64,000 nt of DNA from Desulfatiglandales bacterium (GCA_963666345.1 OY762721.1:992001-1056000), one strand, 5' to 3'. Numbered from the stretch's first letter, positions 1 to 12,156 are shown. A program made the numbers and translations. The notes: generated by a model from the letters alone, not told the origin.

Positions 1-1169
1 CGCTTGTAATCTCTTATGTGCGAAGGATCGGCCATGTAAAATACAGGCTCAATCCTGCCGAGATCAAACTCCTCGATAGAAAAGTGGGAGTCAGAGAGAA
101 ACTGGTCCGTCATTAAAATAACCGGCATCTGATACTTATCGGCCAGATTAAAAGCCCTGACGGTCTTTATGAAGGCATCCCGCGGATCGGATGGGGCAAG
201 AACCATTTTCGGGAATTCGCCGTGACCGGCATTGACTGCAAAAAGGAGATCTCCCTGTGAGGTTCTGGTCGGCAGGCCGGTGGCCGGCCCCGGGCGCTGT
301 GCCAGCACGATTACAAGGGGCGTCTCGGTCATCCCTGCCAGACTCACCCCTTCAACCATCAATGCAAAACCGCCTCCCGATGTGGCGGTCATGGCCCTTA
401 CGCCGGCATAGCTGGCGCCAATGGCCATGTTTACGGCGGAGATTTCATCCTCGGCCTGCTCGGCAAAGACACCGAACTCCTCCTGGTGTGTGGCCAAATA
501 AGTAATGACCCCTGTGGACGGGCTCATGGGATAGGCCGCGATGAAACGACAGCCTGCATACACAGATGCAAGGGGGATCGCCTCATTGACTGTCAGAAGA
601 AAATATTTTCCCGGCCGTTTGGGTAACTTCCAGGGACACATGTCCTCACAATCCTGGACAGCCTTGCGAAAGCCCTTTTCAGCCGCCAGATGATTGGATG
701 TAATTATATCTTCCCCCTTATGGGCAAATATTTTTGTAAGAATATTATTAAGCCGTTTCTGCCCTATTCCCAAAACAGCTGCCAGCGCGCCAAGGGCCAC
801 GGTATTGGCATAGATCTTTTTCCCGACCACCTCTTCTGCAATTTCCGTAAACGGAATGGCAATATTCCTCCTATCCTTGACCTCTTTTTCCGCAAGAAGT
901 GTGCCCCCTTTCTTGAGCAAAGGGCCGTATTTCTTAATGGCCCCTTCATTCAGGGCCAGAAGGACATCAGCCTCCATCAATGGAGCATTTCTAGGCGTTT
1001 CGCTTATTCGAATGGAATAACTGTTCTGTCCGCCACGTATCCGTGATTCATATTCCTTCCAGTTGAACACTGCATAACCCTGAGCAGCGGCTGTCTGAGC
1101 CAGAATATCTCCGATTGTTTGCACCCCTTGACCTGCGGCACCGGCGATGACTACATTCAAGTCTTCCAT
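1..1169 (-). CDS. 2-oxoacid:acceptor (ferredoxin) oxidoreductase subunit alpha, 3' end outside window
   Basis: Not in ORF track (no stop in window). Hand translation from ATG at 1169: MEDLNVVIAGAAGQGVQTIGDILA...KEYESRIRGGQNSYSIRI; later AAYPMSPSTG, QAEDEISAVNMAIG, MTATSGGGFALM motifs. Confidence 0.9.
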   Translation of the reverse strand, partial: MEDLNVVIAGAAGQGVQTIGDILAQTAAAQGYAVFNWKEYESRIRGGQNSYSIRISETPRNAPLMEADVLLALNEGAIKKYGPLLKKGGTLLAEKEVKDRRNIAIPFTEIAEEVVGKKIYANTVALGALAAVLGIGQKRLNNILTKIFAHKGEDIITSNHLAAEKGFRKAVQDCEDMCPWKLPKRPGKYFLLTVNEAIPLASVYAGCRFIAAYPMSPSTGVITYLATHQEEFGVFAEQAEDEISAVNMAIGASYAGVRAMTATSGGGFALMVEGVSLAGMTETPLVIVLAQRPGPATGLPTRTSQGDLLFAVNAGHGEFPKMVLAPSDPRDAFIKTVRAFNLADKYQMPVILMTDQFLSDSHFSIEEFDLGRIEPVFYMADPSHIRDYK

Positions 1170-1262
1170 GTGTATGCCCTAATTCCTCGACTCATCTTTT
1201 CATGACGGGTTTATCGATTGGATAGCTTTCATCCTTAACAAAACCGGTTGGCTTCCGGCAGA

Positions 1263-1433
1263 TCAAGCCTTATCTGCACTGCCAGACCTGCCGTCGTCGC
1301 AGGGTTCGTCTTCATCGTGCGCTCTTGCCTGTTCCGCATCAGGGGCTGTGGTGCAAAAGGGCAGATCCTCCTCAGACTTCTTCTTTTTTCGATTATTATT
1401 CTCTTCGATTTTTTCCGGCTCTGTTTTTTTCAT
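1263..1433 (-). CDS. small hypothetical protein (FCTTAPDAE...EPCDDGR motif), 56 aa
   Basis: ATG at 1433 preceded by AGGGAG; acidic C-terminus with two Cys; co-oriented with neighbours. Confidence 0.6.
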   Translation of the reverse strand: MKKTEPEKIEENNNRKKKKSEEDLPFCTTAPDAEQARAHDEDEPCDDGRSGSADKA

Positions 1434-1526
1434 AGTCTTTTTCTCCCTGTGTTCCAGTTTGGTGGAATCAATAAGCAATTCAAGTTCCATTACGTCCCTG
1501 TTCGGCAAAAATTGACAGGTCGTCAG

Positions 1527-2351
1527 TTATTGACCATTTGTTCCTGGATTTTGCCCTTTTTTGGCTCGCGCTTTTTCAAGCGCCAGGGTACACAGGAATT
1601 GAAAAACATCTATGCCTTTGAGATCGGCTGCCTTCTCATTAAGGGCATATTGCATCACCCACGCGAGGTCCAAATCGTTTTCCGGCGAAAATTCTCCTTT
1701 CTTTAGGCCCAACGCCAGGGTTTCTTCGTCGAAAAGGATAAGATGCTCAAACGTTGAAACGGCGCCATTGTTAAGTTTTGGCCGGGCGAAAATCTGCAAA
1801 TCCCGCTCCAGGACGTCAAAAAGCAAGGGCTCGAAATCCAGAATGTCAACAAATAGATCCAGCGATTCCTTTACCTGTTCGATGGATTTCCGTTCCAGAC
1901 CACTGTGTGCATCCTCCAGGAGCACCGCAAGATCATCCTGTGTAGGAGTGAGATCCAGGAGCGCCAGCGCATTTGCGTGTAGTCTCTCAAGTGACACCTT
2001 CCCCTTGCTCACGAGCACATCATGATGATTCATGATCTTCTTGATATTTCTAATGCTGAACATTTCCTGCCAGAACGGGCTTTTGCGAAGGGCTACATCG
2101 GCCACGGTCGTGTGGTAGATGGCCAATTCGTTGTCGAAAACCAAAACTTCCATGATCTCGCCCTCCAGGGGACGTATGTAGAGATGAAGGTCCCTGAATT
2201 TCATGTGCTCAAGATCGGTCATGTCGAGAAGTTCCCGTATGAGGACATCGTCCACCCACCACTTTCCGGGCGGCTCTTTCATTGTGGAAACGAGTTTCCG
2301 CAAAAGTCCGTCGGCCCTAATCTTGGCCTTAAGGTTTTCTTTAAAGGACAT
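1527..2351 (-). CDS. hypothetical protein (~274 aa)
   Basis: Long ORF; ATG at 2351 (MSFKENLKAK) has AGGAG upstream; no recognised domain. Confidence 0.7.
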   Translation of the reverse strand: MSFKENLKAKIRADGLLRKLVSTMKEPPGKWWVDDVLIRELLDMTDLEHMKFRDLHLYIRPLEGEIMEVLVFDNELAIYHTTVADVALRKSPFWQEMFSIRNIKKIMNHHDVLVSKGKVSLERLHANALALLDLTPTQDDLAVLLEDAHSGLERKSIEQVKESLDLFVDILDFEPLLFDVLERDLQIFARPKLNNGAVSTFEHLILFDEETLALGLKKGEFSPENDLDLAWVMQYALNEKAADLKGIDVFQFLCTLALEKARAKKGQNPGTNGQ

Positions 2352-2407
2352 AAAGGCGCTCCTTTCCCTGAGGTTTCTGTGGATCCATCTCGGTAAAATC
2401 AATGTAC

Positions 2408-2519
2408 TCAGGATTTGCTGAACTCGGCCGCAGCCTTTTTGTAGGCGTTAGCCAAATCCTCCATGGCCACATCAAAACCTGATTTCAGTTATTCCCACGC
2501 ATTTCCGCCGGAAGAACCC
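2408..2519 (-). pseudogene. 3' remnant of a paralogue of the 17722-18177 lipoprotein
   Basis: Translates GSSGGNAWE*LKSGFDVAMEDLANAYKKAAAEFSKS* versus SSSAGTAWEQVKSGIAEAMDDLGNAYKKAAAEFSKS*; in-frame TAA, no 5' part; downstream flank also shared. Confidence 0.85.
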
Positions 2520-2565
2520 TGCCAATCTCTGTTAATCAGCTTTCCACCATTTCGAACCTTAATTT

Positions 2566-4995
2566 TCAGGTTGTCGTTGAAAGATAATTCGGGGATTTAT
2601 CTTCTATATCTACTAACTCAAGGGTAATTTTCATTACCGAGTCGGGATTGAGAGATATCGAATTTATTCCTTCTTTCACCAGAAATTCGGCAAACTCGGG
2701 AAAATCGCTCGGCGCCTGACCGCACAGCCCAATATGGCGCTGGTTTCTTCTGGCTCCCTGGATAGCCATGGAAATCATTTTCATAACTCCGGGGTCTCGC
2801 TCGTCAAAATCGTGGGCCAACAGTGCTGAGTCACGGTCAACCCCTAATACCAATTGGGTCAGGTCATTGGAGCCGATGGAAAAGCCATCAAATAGCTTGC
2901 TGAATTCATCAACCAGGATGACATTATTTGGAATTTCGCACATGATATAGACCTGCAGGCCATTTTCTCCACGTTTCAGGCCGTTGTTTGCCATCTCCGC
3001 CAGAACTTTTTCAGCCTCGTTCACCCGCCGGCAAAAGGGGATCATTATGATGAGGTTGTTCAATCCCATCTCTTCTCGAACCCGTTTCATAGCCCTGCAC
3101 TCCAGCGCAAAGCCTTCCCTGTATCGATCATCATAGTAACGGGATGACCCGCGAAAACCTATCATGGGATTCTCTTCCACCGGTTCGAAGTAGTGTCCCC
3201 CAGTTAGATGGGCGTATTCATTAGTCTTGAAGTCACTCATGCGTACGATAACGGGTTTCGGATAGAAAGCCGCTGCGATGGTCCCGACACCATGAGCCAG
3301 TTTTTCCACAAAGTAGTCTTCTTTATCCTGATAGCCGAAAGTAAGCTCGTCTAATTGTCTCCGCTCTACCTCATCCGTTATCTTTTCAGGATGGACGAGA
3401 GCCATAGGATGCACCTTTATGTAGCTGTTGATAATAAACTCCATACGTGCCAGACCTACCCCGTCATTGGGGATTTTGGAGAGAGAAAAGGCTTGTTCGG
3501 GATTGCCAAGGTTCATCATAATCTCTGTTTTTGGCCGCCGCAGTTCTTTGAGGCTGAGCCTTTCAATATGAAATGGGAGAAGACCCTCATATACTGTACC
3601 TTCATCGCCCTCAGCGCAGCTTACCGTAACTTCCTGTCCCGTATGTATTTTTTCGGTAGCATCGCCGGCACCTACTACCGCCGGTATACCAAGCTCACGG
3701 CTGACGATGGCTGCATGGCAGGTCCTGCCTCCCCTGTTGCTTATAATTGCAGACGCCGTTTTCATTACAGGTTCCCAGTCCGGGTTGGTGCTGTCTGACA
3801 CGAGTATCTCTCCAGGCTTAAACGAAAAAAGATGAGCTACATCTGAGATTACATGGCTTTTGCCACTGGCGATCTTTTCACCCACGCCCTTACCTGTCGC
3901 CAGAATTAGGCCTTTCTTATCCAAGCGATATGTCTCCAGGATATCCATGGTTTTTTGTGACTCAACCGTTTCCGGGCGGGCCTGAACAATGAACAGATTG
4001 CCGCTTATTCCGTCTTTTGCCCATTCAATGTCCATGGGTCTGGACTCTCCGGTTTTTTTTGAATAGTGGTCTTCTATCTTAAGCGCATAGCCGGCCAGTG
4101 TCAGAATATCATCGTTTGTAATACAAAACCGTCTACTGTCCGCCTCCGGCACCGCTACGTTTCGCGTTAAAACTTTCGAGTCGCTTATGCCGTAAATCAT
4201 CTTGATGGACTTTCCTCCAAGATTTTTTCTGATTATGGCCTTGTACCCTTTTGCGTAAGTCGGTTTGAAAACATAGTATTCATCGGGGCTGACAGTCCCT
4301 TGGACAATGTTTTCTCCCAGCCCGTACGATGCAGTAATGAAAACCACATCACGGAACCCCGTCTCCGTATCCATAGTAAACATCACGCCGCTGGTGTCCA
4401 AATCTGAGCGTATCATCTTCATGATTCCTATGGACAGGGCTACCTCAAAATGATCGAAGTCGTTGTCAATACGATAGGATATTGCCCGGTTTGTAAATAG
4501 CGACGCAAAGCATTTGCTGCAGGACTCTCTCAGGGCGGGATATCCGCTTATATTTAAATAAGTTTCCTGCTGGCCTGCGAATGAAGCAGTGGGGAGGTCT
4601 TCCGCCGTGGCTGAACTACGCACCGCGACATCCGTGTCTTCGCCATATTCCTCGCAAAGCCTGTCATAGGCAGTCCTCATTTCAGCCCAGAGGTCATCTG
4701 GGATGCCGGCACCCAAAATCAAATCGCGTGCTATTTTCCCCCGTTTCATAAGGTCATCCAGGTTAGTCTTATCCAGACCCGCCATGGCATCCTTTAGTTC
4801 GTCAAGAATTCCGGCTGATTCTATTACATACCGGTATGCCTCGGCAGTTACCGCAAACCCATTCGGAATTTTGACTCCCTGGCTCGCAAGCTCACGGTAC
4901 ATCTCTCCTAGAGAGGCATTCTTACCGCCAACAATGGGAATATCTTCAATCTTGATTTCTTCAAACCAGCGGATATATCTCATATCCTTTTCCAT
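2566..4995 (-). CDS. ppsA: phosphoenolpyruvate synthase
   Basis: GGKNASLGEM, VAVRSSATAED, GGRTCHAAIVSRELG (phospho-His), MCEIPNN, GFSIGSNDLTQL motifs; start taken at MEKDMRY. Confidence 0.95.
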   Translation of the reverse strand: MEKDMRYIRWFEEIKIEDIPIVGGKNASLGEMYRELASQGVKIPNGFAVTAEAYRYVIESAGILDELKDAMAGLDKTNLDDLMKRGKIARDLILGAGIPDDLWAEMRTAYDRLCEEYGEDTDVAVRSSATAEDLPTASFAGQQETYLNISGYPALRESCSKCFASLFTNRAISYRIDNDFDHFEVALSIGIMKMIRSDLDTSGVMFTMDTETGFRDVVFITASYGLGENIVQGTVSPDEYYVFKPTYAKGYKAIIRKNLGGKSIKMIYGISDSKVLTRNVAVPEADSRRFCITNDDILTLAGYALKIEDHYSKKTGESRPMDIEWAKDGISGNLFIVQARPETVESQKTMDILETYRLDKKGLILATGKGVGEKIASGKSHVISDVAHLFSFKPGEILVSDSTNPDWEPVMKTASAIISNRGGRTCHAAIVSRELGIPAVVGAGDATEKIHTGQEVTVSCAEGDEGTVYEGLLPFHIERLSLKELRRPKTEIMMNLGNPEQAFSLSKIPNDGVGLARMEFIINSYIKVHPMALVHPEKITDEVERRQLDELTFGYQDKEDYFVEKLAHGVGTIAAAFYPKPVIVRMSDFKTNEYAHLTGGHYFEPVEENPMIGFRGSSRYYDDRYREGFALECRAMKRVREEMGLNNLIIMIPFCRRVNEAEKVLAEMANNGLKRGENGLQVYIMCEIPNNVILVDEFSKLFDGFSIGSNDLTQLVLGVDRDSALLAHDFDERDPGVMKMISMAIQGARRNQRHIGLCGQAPSDFPEFAEFLVKEGINSISLNPDSVMKITLELVDIEDKSPNYLSTTT

Positions 4996-5070
4996 ATTGC
5001 TTCCCCATTCTGTTGCGGAATTTAAAAAACCGGTCTTCCCCAAACACTCGGCGGTAACCCGTGAAACCCA

Positions 5071-6696
<1,626 letters not shown>

Positions 6697-6712
6697 TTAA
6701 GTCCTCCTTAAA

Positions 6713-7003
6713 TCACTTTTCTATGATACCCAGGATATCATCCTCTCTCATAATGAGATATTTAACCCCATCGATCTTGATTTCATTTCCCGCATATTTG
6801 CCGAAAAGCACATGCTCTCCCTTTTTGACTTCCAGCGGGATTCGTTTCCCGTTTTCATCCCATTTTCCGGGACCGACCGCCATGACTTTCCCCTCTTGCG
6901 GTTTTTCCTTGGCCGTGTCCGGTATGATGATCCCGCCGGTGGTCTTCTCCTTCTCCTCAATTCCGACAACAAGCACCCTGTCGTTTAATGGTCTTATTTT
7001 CAT
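6713..7003 (-). CDS. groS: co-chaperonin GroES
   Basis: [12 protein letters not shown]...[23 protein letters not shown] before ATG at 7003. Confidence 0.97.
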   Translation of the reverse strand: MKIRPLNDRVLVVGIEEKEKTTGGIIIPDTAKEKPQEGKVMAVGPGKWDENGKRIPLEVKKGEHVLFGKYAGNEIKIDGVKYLIMREDDILGIIEK

Positions 7004-7053
7004 TTCTTTCCTCCGATTTAAAATGTCTATGGGAAACGGGAACCTTGAAATCA

Positions 7054-7394
7054 CTATGCCGCCGCACACATGCAGTCAATTAGTTCGCTTACGTTAACGG
7101 TTGCTATGCCGCACCTAACATCAGACATGCCATAGGGAATGACCAGGTCGCTATTGTGGAAAATCGCGCCGCAGGTATAAACAACATTTGGGACATACCC
7201 CTCGCGCTCTTCCTCACGCGGTGCAAGTAACGGCTCTTCAAGGCGGGGGCTCTTACCGGGTTTTCAAGATCGAGCAGCATGGTACCGATGAAATACTGCC
7301 GCATGGGTCCGACACCGTGGGTGAGCACGATCCAGCCTTTATCGGTCTCCAGGGGGGAGCCGCAGTTACCGATCTGAATAAACTCCCAGGGATG
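7054..7394 (-). pseudogene. C-terminal remnant of a GH130-family glycosidase/phosphorylase, frameshifted
   Basis: Hand translation: HPWEFIQIGNCGSPLETDKGWIVLTHGVGPMRQYFIGTMLLDLENP / frameshift near 7250 / RLEEPLLAPREEEREGYVPNVVYTCGAIFHNSDLVIPYGMSD...*; N-terminal part absent. Confidence 0.8.
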
Positions 7395-7513
7395 ACTGAT
7401 GTTGCGATTCCCGGCAGAATAAGACAGAGGTGAAACGAGTGAGGCAACCTTCCCTTTTTATTGAAAAAGGTGACCCGGCTAAAACAACCCATGAGTCACC
7501 TTTGACAACCAAC

Positions 7514-7864
7514 TTATTTTTTGACAAGGAGTTCAAGCCCATCGGCGCATGCTCTGGCTACAGCATAGTCAGCCTTTTCCTGCCCGGGCATTTTATCCCA
7601 GCCACCCTTTTCGATAAATTCAGCCCTCTTCCATGAATCTAATTCCCCTATTTCTTTGAGTTTCGCTTCATGGTTCGGGTCCTTCATAAATTGGGCCACG
7701 CAGATCGCCGCCTGACTCGCCAAAACCGCTTCTTCGGTCATCGTTTTGGTCGTGCCGGAGGTTGTCCACCCCCCCCACGCAAAACCGATGATCATTGCGA
7801 TGACGGCCCCAACAATAACACCCCAAGCGCCATACTTCAGTTTTCCTTCAGTTTCCGGTTTCAT
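7514..7864 (-). CDS. hypothetical membrane-anchored protein
   Basis: N-terminal TM helix (GAWGVIVGAVIAMIIGFAWGGW), two Cys; AGGAGG RBS. Confidence 0.8.
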   Translation of the reverse strand: MKPETEGKLKYGAWGVIVGAVIAMIIGFAWGGWTTSGTTKTMTEEAVLASQAAICVAQFMKDPNHEAKLKEIGELDSWKRAEFIEKGGWDKMPGQEKADYAVARACADGLELLVKK

Positions 7865-8077
7865 TGATAATACCTCCTTGAATTATATTGTGATATTTCT
7901 GCCTGCGATGACCTTGCTGAAAATGAGTTGAATGAGGTCATCGGCCCCGGCCAGCACTTGACCGTTTTTCCCATAATGGAGATCATTCACACGATAACCA
8001 TTTTCCGGTGGGTTCTTTTCCGTCATTGCACAAAATACTCGAACCGCAGCGACGCTCCTCGCAATCACCAACGTATT

Positions 8078-8257
8078 TTATAAAGCAAAATGAAGTCGGT
8101 CAGGCCTAATAAGGTTTTCGTCATTTGGGCAATTTGTCATTGGAACCGATCTAATCTCGATGTCGCACTCGGGAAACATGATTCCCAGGCATTCCGTCAG
8201 GACAAATTCTTCCAAGGAATCGATAAAAGACCCCCTCAGGATCACTATTTTTTTCAT
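8078..8257 (-). CDS. small hypothetical protein, 59 aa (CLGIMFPECDIEI motif)
   Basis: Below ORF-track cutoff; GGGAGGG RBS; MKKIVILRGSFIDSLEEFVLTECLGIMFPECDIEIRSV...; starts 24 bp after the radical SAM stop. Confidence 0.6.
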   Translation of the reverse strand: MKKIVILRGSFIDSLEEFVLTECLGIMFPECDIEIRSVPMTNCPNDENLIRPDRLHFAL

Positions 8258-8280
8258 GATTATCGCCCTCCCTTAAAAAC

Positions 8281-9762
8281 TTACCGAGTACTATGCATGT
8301 TGCATATTTTGCGGAAATGATGGCCATAGATCGCAAGCGTAATAGTCAGCGAGAGCAGTTGAGGCCGGCTAAAAAGAGTCCAGAACAAGATCTTCCAATA
8401 TTGGAATCGCTCCTTTCCGATAACACCCAGGCGGACGCTTGAACGCAAGACTGCCAGCAGACTTTGAAAATCCAGGGGGATCCTGACCGTTGGGCGCTTA
8501 TACTCCCGCAGAAAGGTCATCGTTCGTTTATAGTAATGCTTGGGTGAATAAATGTGCCTCATTAAGTTTCCGTATCCTTCGCGCAATACATCAAGCCCCA
8601 TTACAGGAAGGATGTTGGTTGTGCCATCTGCGTTATCTCCAGAGCTAAAGTCGAGCAGGCGGCCCTCTTCTTTCATGCGTTCATAGAGTCTTGTGCCGGC
8701 AGGAGCGTTAAGCAGGCCGACCATGGCCGTCACGATGCCGCTCTTTTGGATAAATTCAATCTGCCGCTGAAAGATGGAAGGCGTGTCACTGTCGAATCCC
8801 ACAATAAAGCCGCCCGTCACTTGCAGTCCGGCCCGCTGCATGAGCTTTACGCTCTCGAGCAGATCACGGTTCTTGTTCTGCTGTTTGTTGCATTCAGCCA
8901 GGCTTTCTTCATTGGGAGTTTCGATTCCAACGAAGACCGCATCAAAACCCGCTTCGACCATCATCTCCATCAGCGGCTCGTCATCGGCCAGATTGACCGA
9001 GGCCTCTGTGTTAAAAGGTATTTCCTTCCTGCCTTTCTGCCATTGGATGAGCGCGGGCAGAAGATGGTTTTTCAGATAGCCTTTGTTGCCGATAAAATTG
9101 TCATCCACAAAAAAGACCTGTCCTCGCCATCCCAGATTGTAAAGGTTATCCAGCTCGGCAATAATCTGCTCGGCCGTTTTGATACGGACCCGATGCCCTA
9201 ATAGCGCGGTTATGTTACAGAACTCGCAATTGAACGGACAGCCGCGGGAGAACTGGATGCTCATCGAGGCATAGTGTTTCAAATCCATCAACTCCCACAG
9301 AGGGGCAGGGGTTCTATGAATGTCGCAAAACTCGGTCGTCTCGTAGATGTGCCGGGCGCACCCCTTCTCCAGATCCTCCAGAAAGGGGGGAAGGGTAAGT
9401 TCGGCCTCATTGAGTACAAAATGGTCCACATCCTCAAATTGATCGTATTCGCTGGTGAATAGGGGCCCGCCGGCTATGACCCTGAGATTCGCCTCCTTAC
9501 ACCGGGCAATGATTTCACGTGCCGACTCTCTTTGCACAACCATGCCGCTGATAAAAGCGCAATCAGCCCACGCCAGGTCTTTTTCGGTGAGCTTTGCCAC
9601 ATTCAAATCAACCAGCTTTTTAGGCCATTCTTCGGGCAGCATCGCCCCTATTGTCAGAAGGCCCAGGGGCGGCAGGGCCGCCCTTTTGTGAATGAATTTG
9701 AGAGCGTACTTGAAACTCCAGAAGGTGGCCGGGTACTCCGGATAAATCATCAAGATTCTCAT
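8281..9762 (-). CDS. B12-binding domain radical SAM protein (DUF4070-type C-terminus)
   Basis: PPLGLLTI cobalamin-domain start, SRGCPFNCEFC CxxxCxxC motif, FFVDDNF, GFIVGFDSD. Confidence 0.9.
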   Translation of the reverse strand: MRILMIYPEYPATFWSFKYALKFIHKRAALPPLGLLTIGAMLPEEWPKKLVDLNVAKLTEKDLAWADCAFISGMVVQRESAREIIARCKEANLRVIAGGPLFTSEYDQFEDVDHFVLNEAELTLPPFLEDLEKGCARHIYETTEFCDIHRTPAPLWELMDLKHYASMSIQFSRGCPFNCEFCNITALLGHRVRIKTAEQIIAELDNLYNLGWRGQVFFVDDNFIGNKGYLKNHLLPALIQWQKGRKEIPFNTEASVNLADDEPLMEMMVEAGFDAVFVGIETPNEESLAECNKQQNKNRDLLESVKLMQRAGLQVTGGFIVGFDSDTPSIFQRQIEFIQKSGIVTAMVGLLNAPAGTRLYERMKEEGRLLDFSSGDNADGTTNILPVMGLDVLREGYGNLMRHIYSPKHYYKRTMTFLREYKRPTVRIPLDFQSLLAVLRSSVRLGVIGKERFQYWKILFWTLFSRPQLLSLTITLAIYGHHFRKICNMHSTR

Positions 9763-9796
9763 AGGCTCTCCTTTCGCATATCAAAATTATCATTGC

Positions 9797-10753
9797 TCAT
9801 TTCGGGATGGTCTTAAGGAACCGGTAATAGTCGGAGTCGGTTCCAAGGATAACAAAGGCGTTCTTATATGCGGCCCCCTTGTAGGTCTCCAGCGTCTTGA
9901 AAAAGGCGTAGAAGGCCGGATCCTGACCGTAAGCGTCTCCATAGATCATGGTCGCCTCGGCATCCGCCCCTCCGCGGATCTCCTCGGCCGTCCGGTATGC
10001 TCCCGAGATGATGGACTTCAGCTCCTTTTCCATCTGACCGAGAATCTCTGCCTTTTTGCCCTCTCCCTCCGATCGAAACTGGGCGGCCTTGCGTTTTCTT
10101 TCCGATACCATCCGCTCGTAAACCTTCTTGCGGACTTGCTCGACATAGTTAATCCGCTTGATGCGAACATCGACCAGGTCCATACCAAAGGCTGACATGG
10201 CCTTTGACGCCTCGGCCAGAATCGCCCGGGTGATCTTCTCTCTGCCCAGTCGAACGGTTTCAGGGGCGGTTGCTTCGTCCTGGAACGGGGAGAGGACCTT
10301 GCCTTCCACATTCTCCACGCTAGGCATCTCGTTGGTGGTCCGGACGAGCTCCACCAGAGGATTCGCCGAAACATAATCCCGGAGAACAGCGTCAATGATA
10401 TCATCCAGCTTGGCGTATGCCTGAGAGGCAGTGCCAAGGACCTCCAGGAATTTCTGTGCATCCACGATTCGCCACCGGGCCGTTGTATCAACGTAGATAA
10501 ACCGCTTATCCCTTGTGGGTATCTCTTTGGGGTCTCCATCCCACCTCATAATCCGTTTCTCATAACGATGGATCTCCTGAATGAAAGGAATCTTGAACCT
10601 GAGGCCCGCCTCGGTCTTTGGTTTTCCAACCGGCCTTCCAAACTGGGTGATCACCACCTGGTCCCATTCGCTGACAGTATAGAAAGCACCTGAAAACAAG
10701 AGGATCAGAAAGACAGCGACTACAACACCTATGAAAGCTCCAATTCGTCTCAT
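9797..10753 (-). CDS. hflC: FtsH modulator HflC (SPFH)
   Basis: N-terminal TM, VVITQFG, GLRFKIPFIQ, VDVRIKRINY, ERMVSERKR; overlaps hflK stop. Confidence 0.92.
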   Translation of the reverse strand: MRRIGAFIGVVVAVFLILLFSGAFYTVSEWDQVVITQFGRPVGKPKTEAGLRFKIPFIQEIHRYEKRIMRWDGDPKEIPTRDKRFIYVDTTARWRIVDAQKFLEVLGTASQAYAKLDDIIDAVLRDYVSANPLVELVRTTNEMPSVENVEGKVLSPFQDEATAPETVRLGREKITRAILAEASKAMSAFGMDLVDVRIKRINYVEQVRKKVYERMVSERKRKAAQFRSEGEGKKAEILGQMEKELKSIISGAYRTAEEIRGGADAEATMIYGDAYGQDPAFYAFFKTLETYKGAAYKNAFVILGTDSDYYRFLKTIPK

Positions 10754-11793
10754 CGGACCTCACCCCCCTTCGCGACCTGCTGATTGAGTTGGAGAAGCGG
10801 CAGCAAGCCTTTCTGCTCACTGTCGATAATGTAGATCTGCTTGGCGTTGGGCAGGACCGTCTGATAGGCCTCCAGATAAAGGCGCTGTTTGGTTACTTCT
10901 TTCGCGTTTCCGTATTCTTTGAGAACGGCCGAGAACCTGGCCGCATCACCCTTGGCGTGGTTCACCCGCTCGAGCGCGAATCCCCGGGCGCCGTTGATGG
11001 CCCTTTCCGCCTCTCCCTTGGCCTGCGGAATCTGTCTGTTGTACGTCTCCTGTGCCTCGTTAATGAGCCTCTCCTTTTCCTGCTGGGCCTCGTTTACCTC
11101 GTTAAAGGCGCCTTTTACGGGATCGGGAGGCACCACGTTCTGGAGTCTCACGTTGACAATGCGGATTCCTGTTTCATACTCATCCATAATCTTTTGAAGC
11201 TCCTCCCGAGCCATCTTGTTCACCTCTTCCCGGTTTTGGAGTACATAGTCAAAGCTCCTGTTCCCCACGATGCGCCGATTCACGGATTCGCTGATATCCC
11301 GGATTGCCATAATCGGGTCCCGTACATTAAAGAGGTATTTCCTGGGGTCTTCCCTCCGGAACTGGATGATCCACTCCACATCGATGACGTTCAGGTCCCC
11401 GGTGAGCATGAGAGATTCCCGCTCCGTCGCGGCGCCCTTTTCATACTGGGTCCGAATACCGGGACGGACGCTTTTGAAACCAAAGGTTTCCGTGTCCACC
11501 TGTTCCGTGTGCACCTTGAAAACCTTGTCGACCCCAAGGGGGATCTTGAAGTGAAGCCCCGGCAGGGCCATACCGGAATAACTGCCGAATCGCAGAAGGA
11601 CCCCCTTGTGACCGGGGGCAATGGTGTACATGGCGGTGTAAGCCAAAAGGATCGCAAGAACGACACCGATCACTACGGGCCAAAGCGGTTTTCCCATCTT
11701 TCCGAGGCCCAGTGAATCTCCCGCCTTCTTGATCATTTCGGAAAAATCTGGAAGGCCCTCTCGCTGTCCTCCCTGGTTATTATCCCAAGACAT
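10750..11793 (-). CDS. hflK: FtsH modulator HflK (SPFH)
   Basis: MSWDN start, GVLLRFG, ESLMLTGDLN, VPPDPVKGAFNEV, VTKQRLYLE. Confidence 0.92.
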   Translation of the reverse strand: MSWDNNQGGQREGLPDFSEMIKKAGDSLGLGKMGKPLWPVVIGVVLAILLAYTAMYTIAPGHKGVLLRFGSYSGMALPGLHFKIPLGVDKVFKVHTEQVDTETFGFKSVRPGIRTQYEKGAATERESLMLTGDLNVIDVEWIIQFRREDPRKYLFNVRDPIMAIRDISESVNRRIVGNRSFDYVLQNREEVNKMAREELQKIMDEYETGIRIVNVRLQNVVPPDPVKGAFNEVNEAQQEKERLINEAQETYNRQIPQAKGEAERAINGARGFALERVNHAKGDAARFSAVLKEYGNAKEVTKQRLYLEAYQTVLPNAKQIYIIDSEQKGLLPLLQLNQQVAKGGEVR

Positions 11794-11811
11794 GGATATT
11801 CTCCTTTCTTT

Positions 11812-12156
11812 TTAGAAATTCCCCTTAGAGGTTCCCTTGCCCCTGAGGGCATTGACGATCTCCACCCCTTCCGAATGTGAGACTGTGTGGATTTTCACTT
11901 CCCAAGGTTTGACCAAAAGGCTCTTTGTGCCGACTATAACGCCGAATCTTTCAGATCGTATATGATGTTCCAGATCTTCTCGGGTTTCCCACTCCTCAAT
12001 CAGATTGAAAACTGTTTTGCCGTCCATATCGCAAAAAACATCATATTGCACACATCCCTTCTCTTTTTTTACCGGCTCAATCATGGAGAAAAGTGTCTGC
12101 CTCATCTCCGTCCTTTTTTCTATGAGTGACTTCATGGTAATCCGCATGATAATCAC
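11812..12156 (-). CDS. antibiotic biosynthesis monooxygenase (ABM)-domain protein
   Basis: KEKGCVQYDVFCD...LIEEWETREDLEHHIRSERF pattern. Confidence 0.8.
   Translation of the reverse strand: MIIMRITMKSLIEKRTEMRQTLFSMIEPVKKEKGCVQYDVFCDMDGKTVFNLIEEWETREDLEHHIRSERFGVIVGTKSLLVKPWEVKIHTVSHSEGVEIVNALRGKGTSKGNF

Noticed and set aside
10789..11715. 308-aa plus-strand ORF
   Set aside because: Antisense shadow of hflK.
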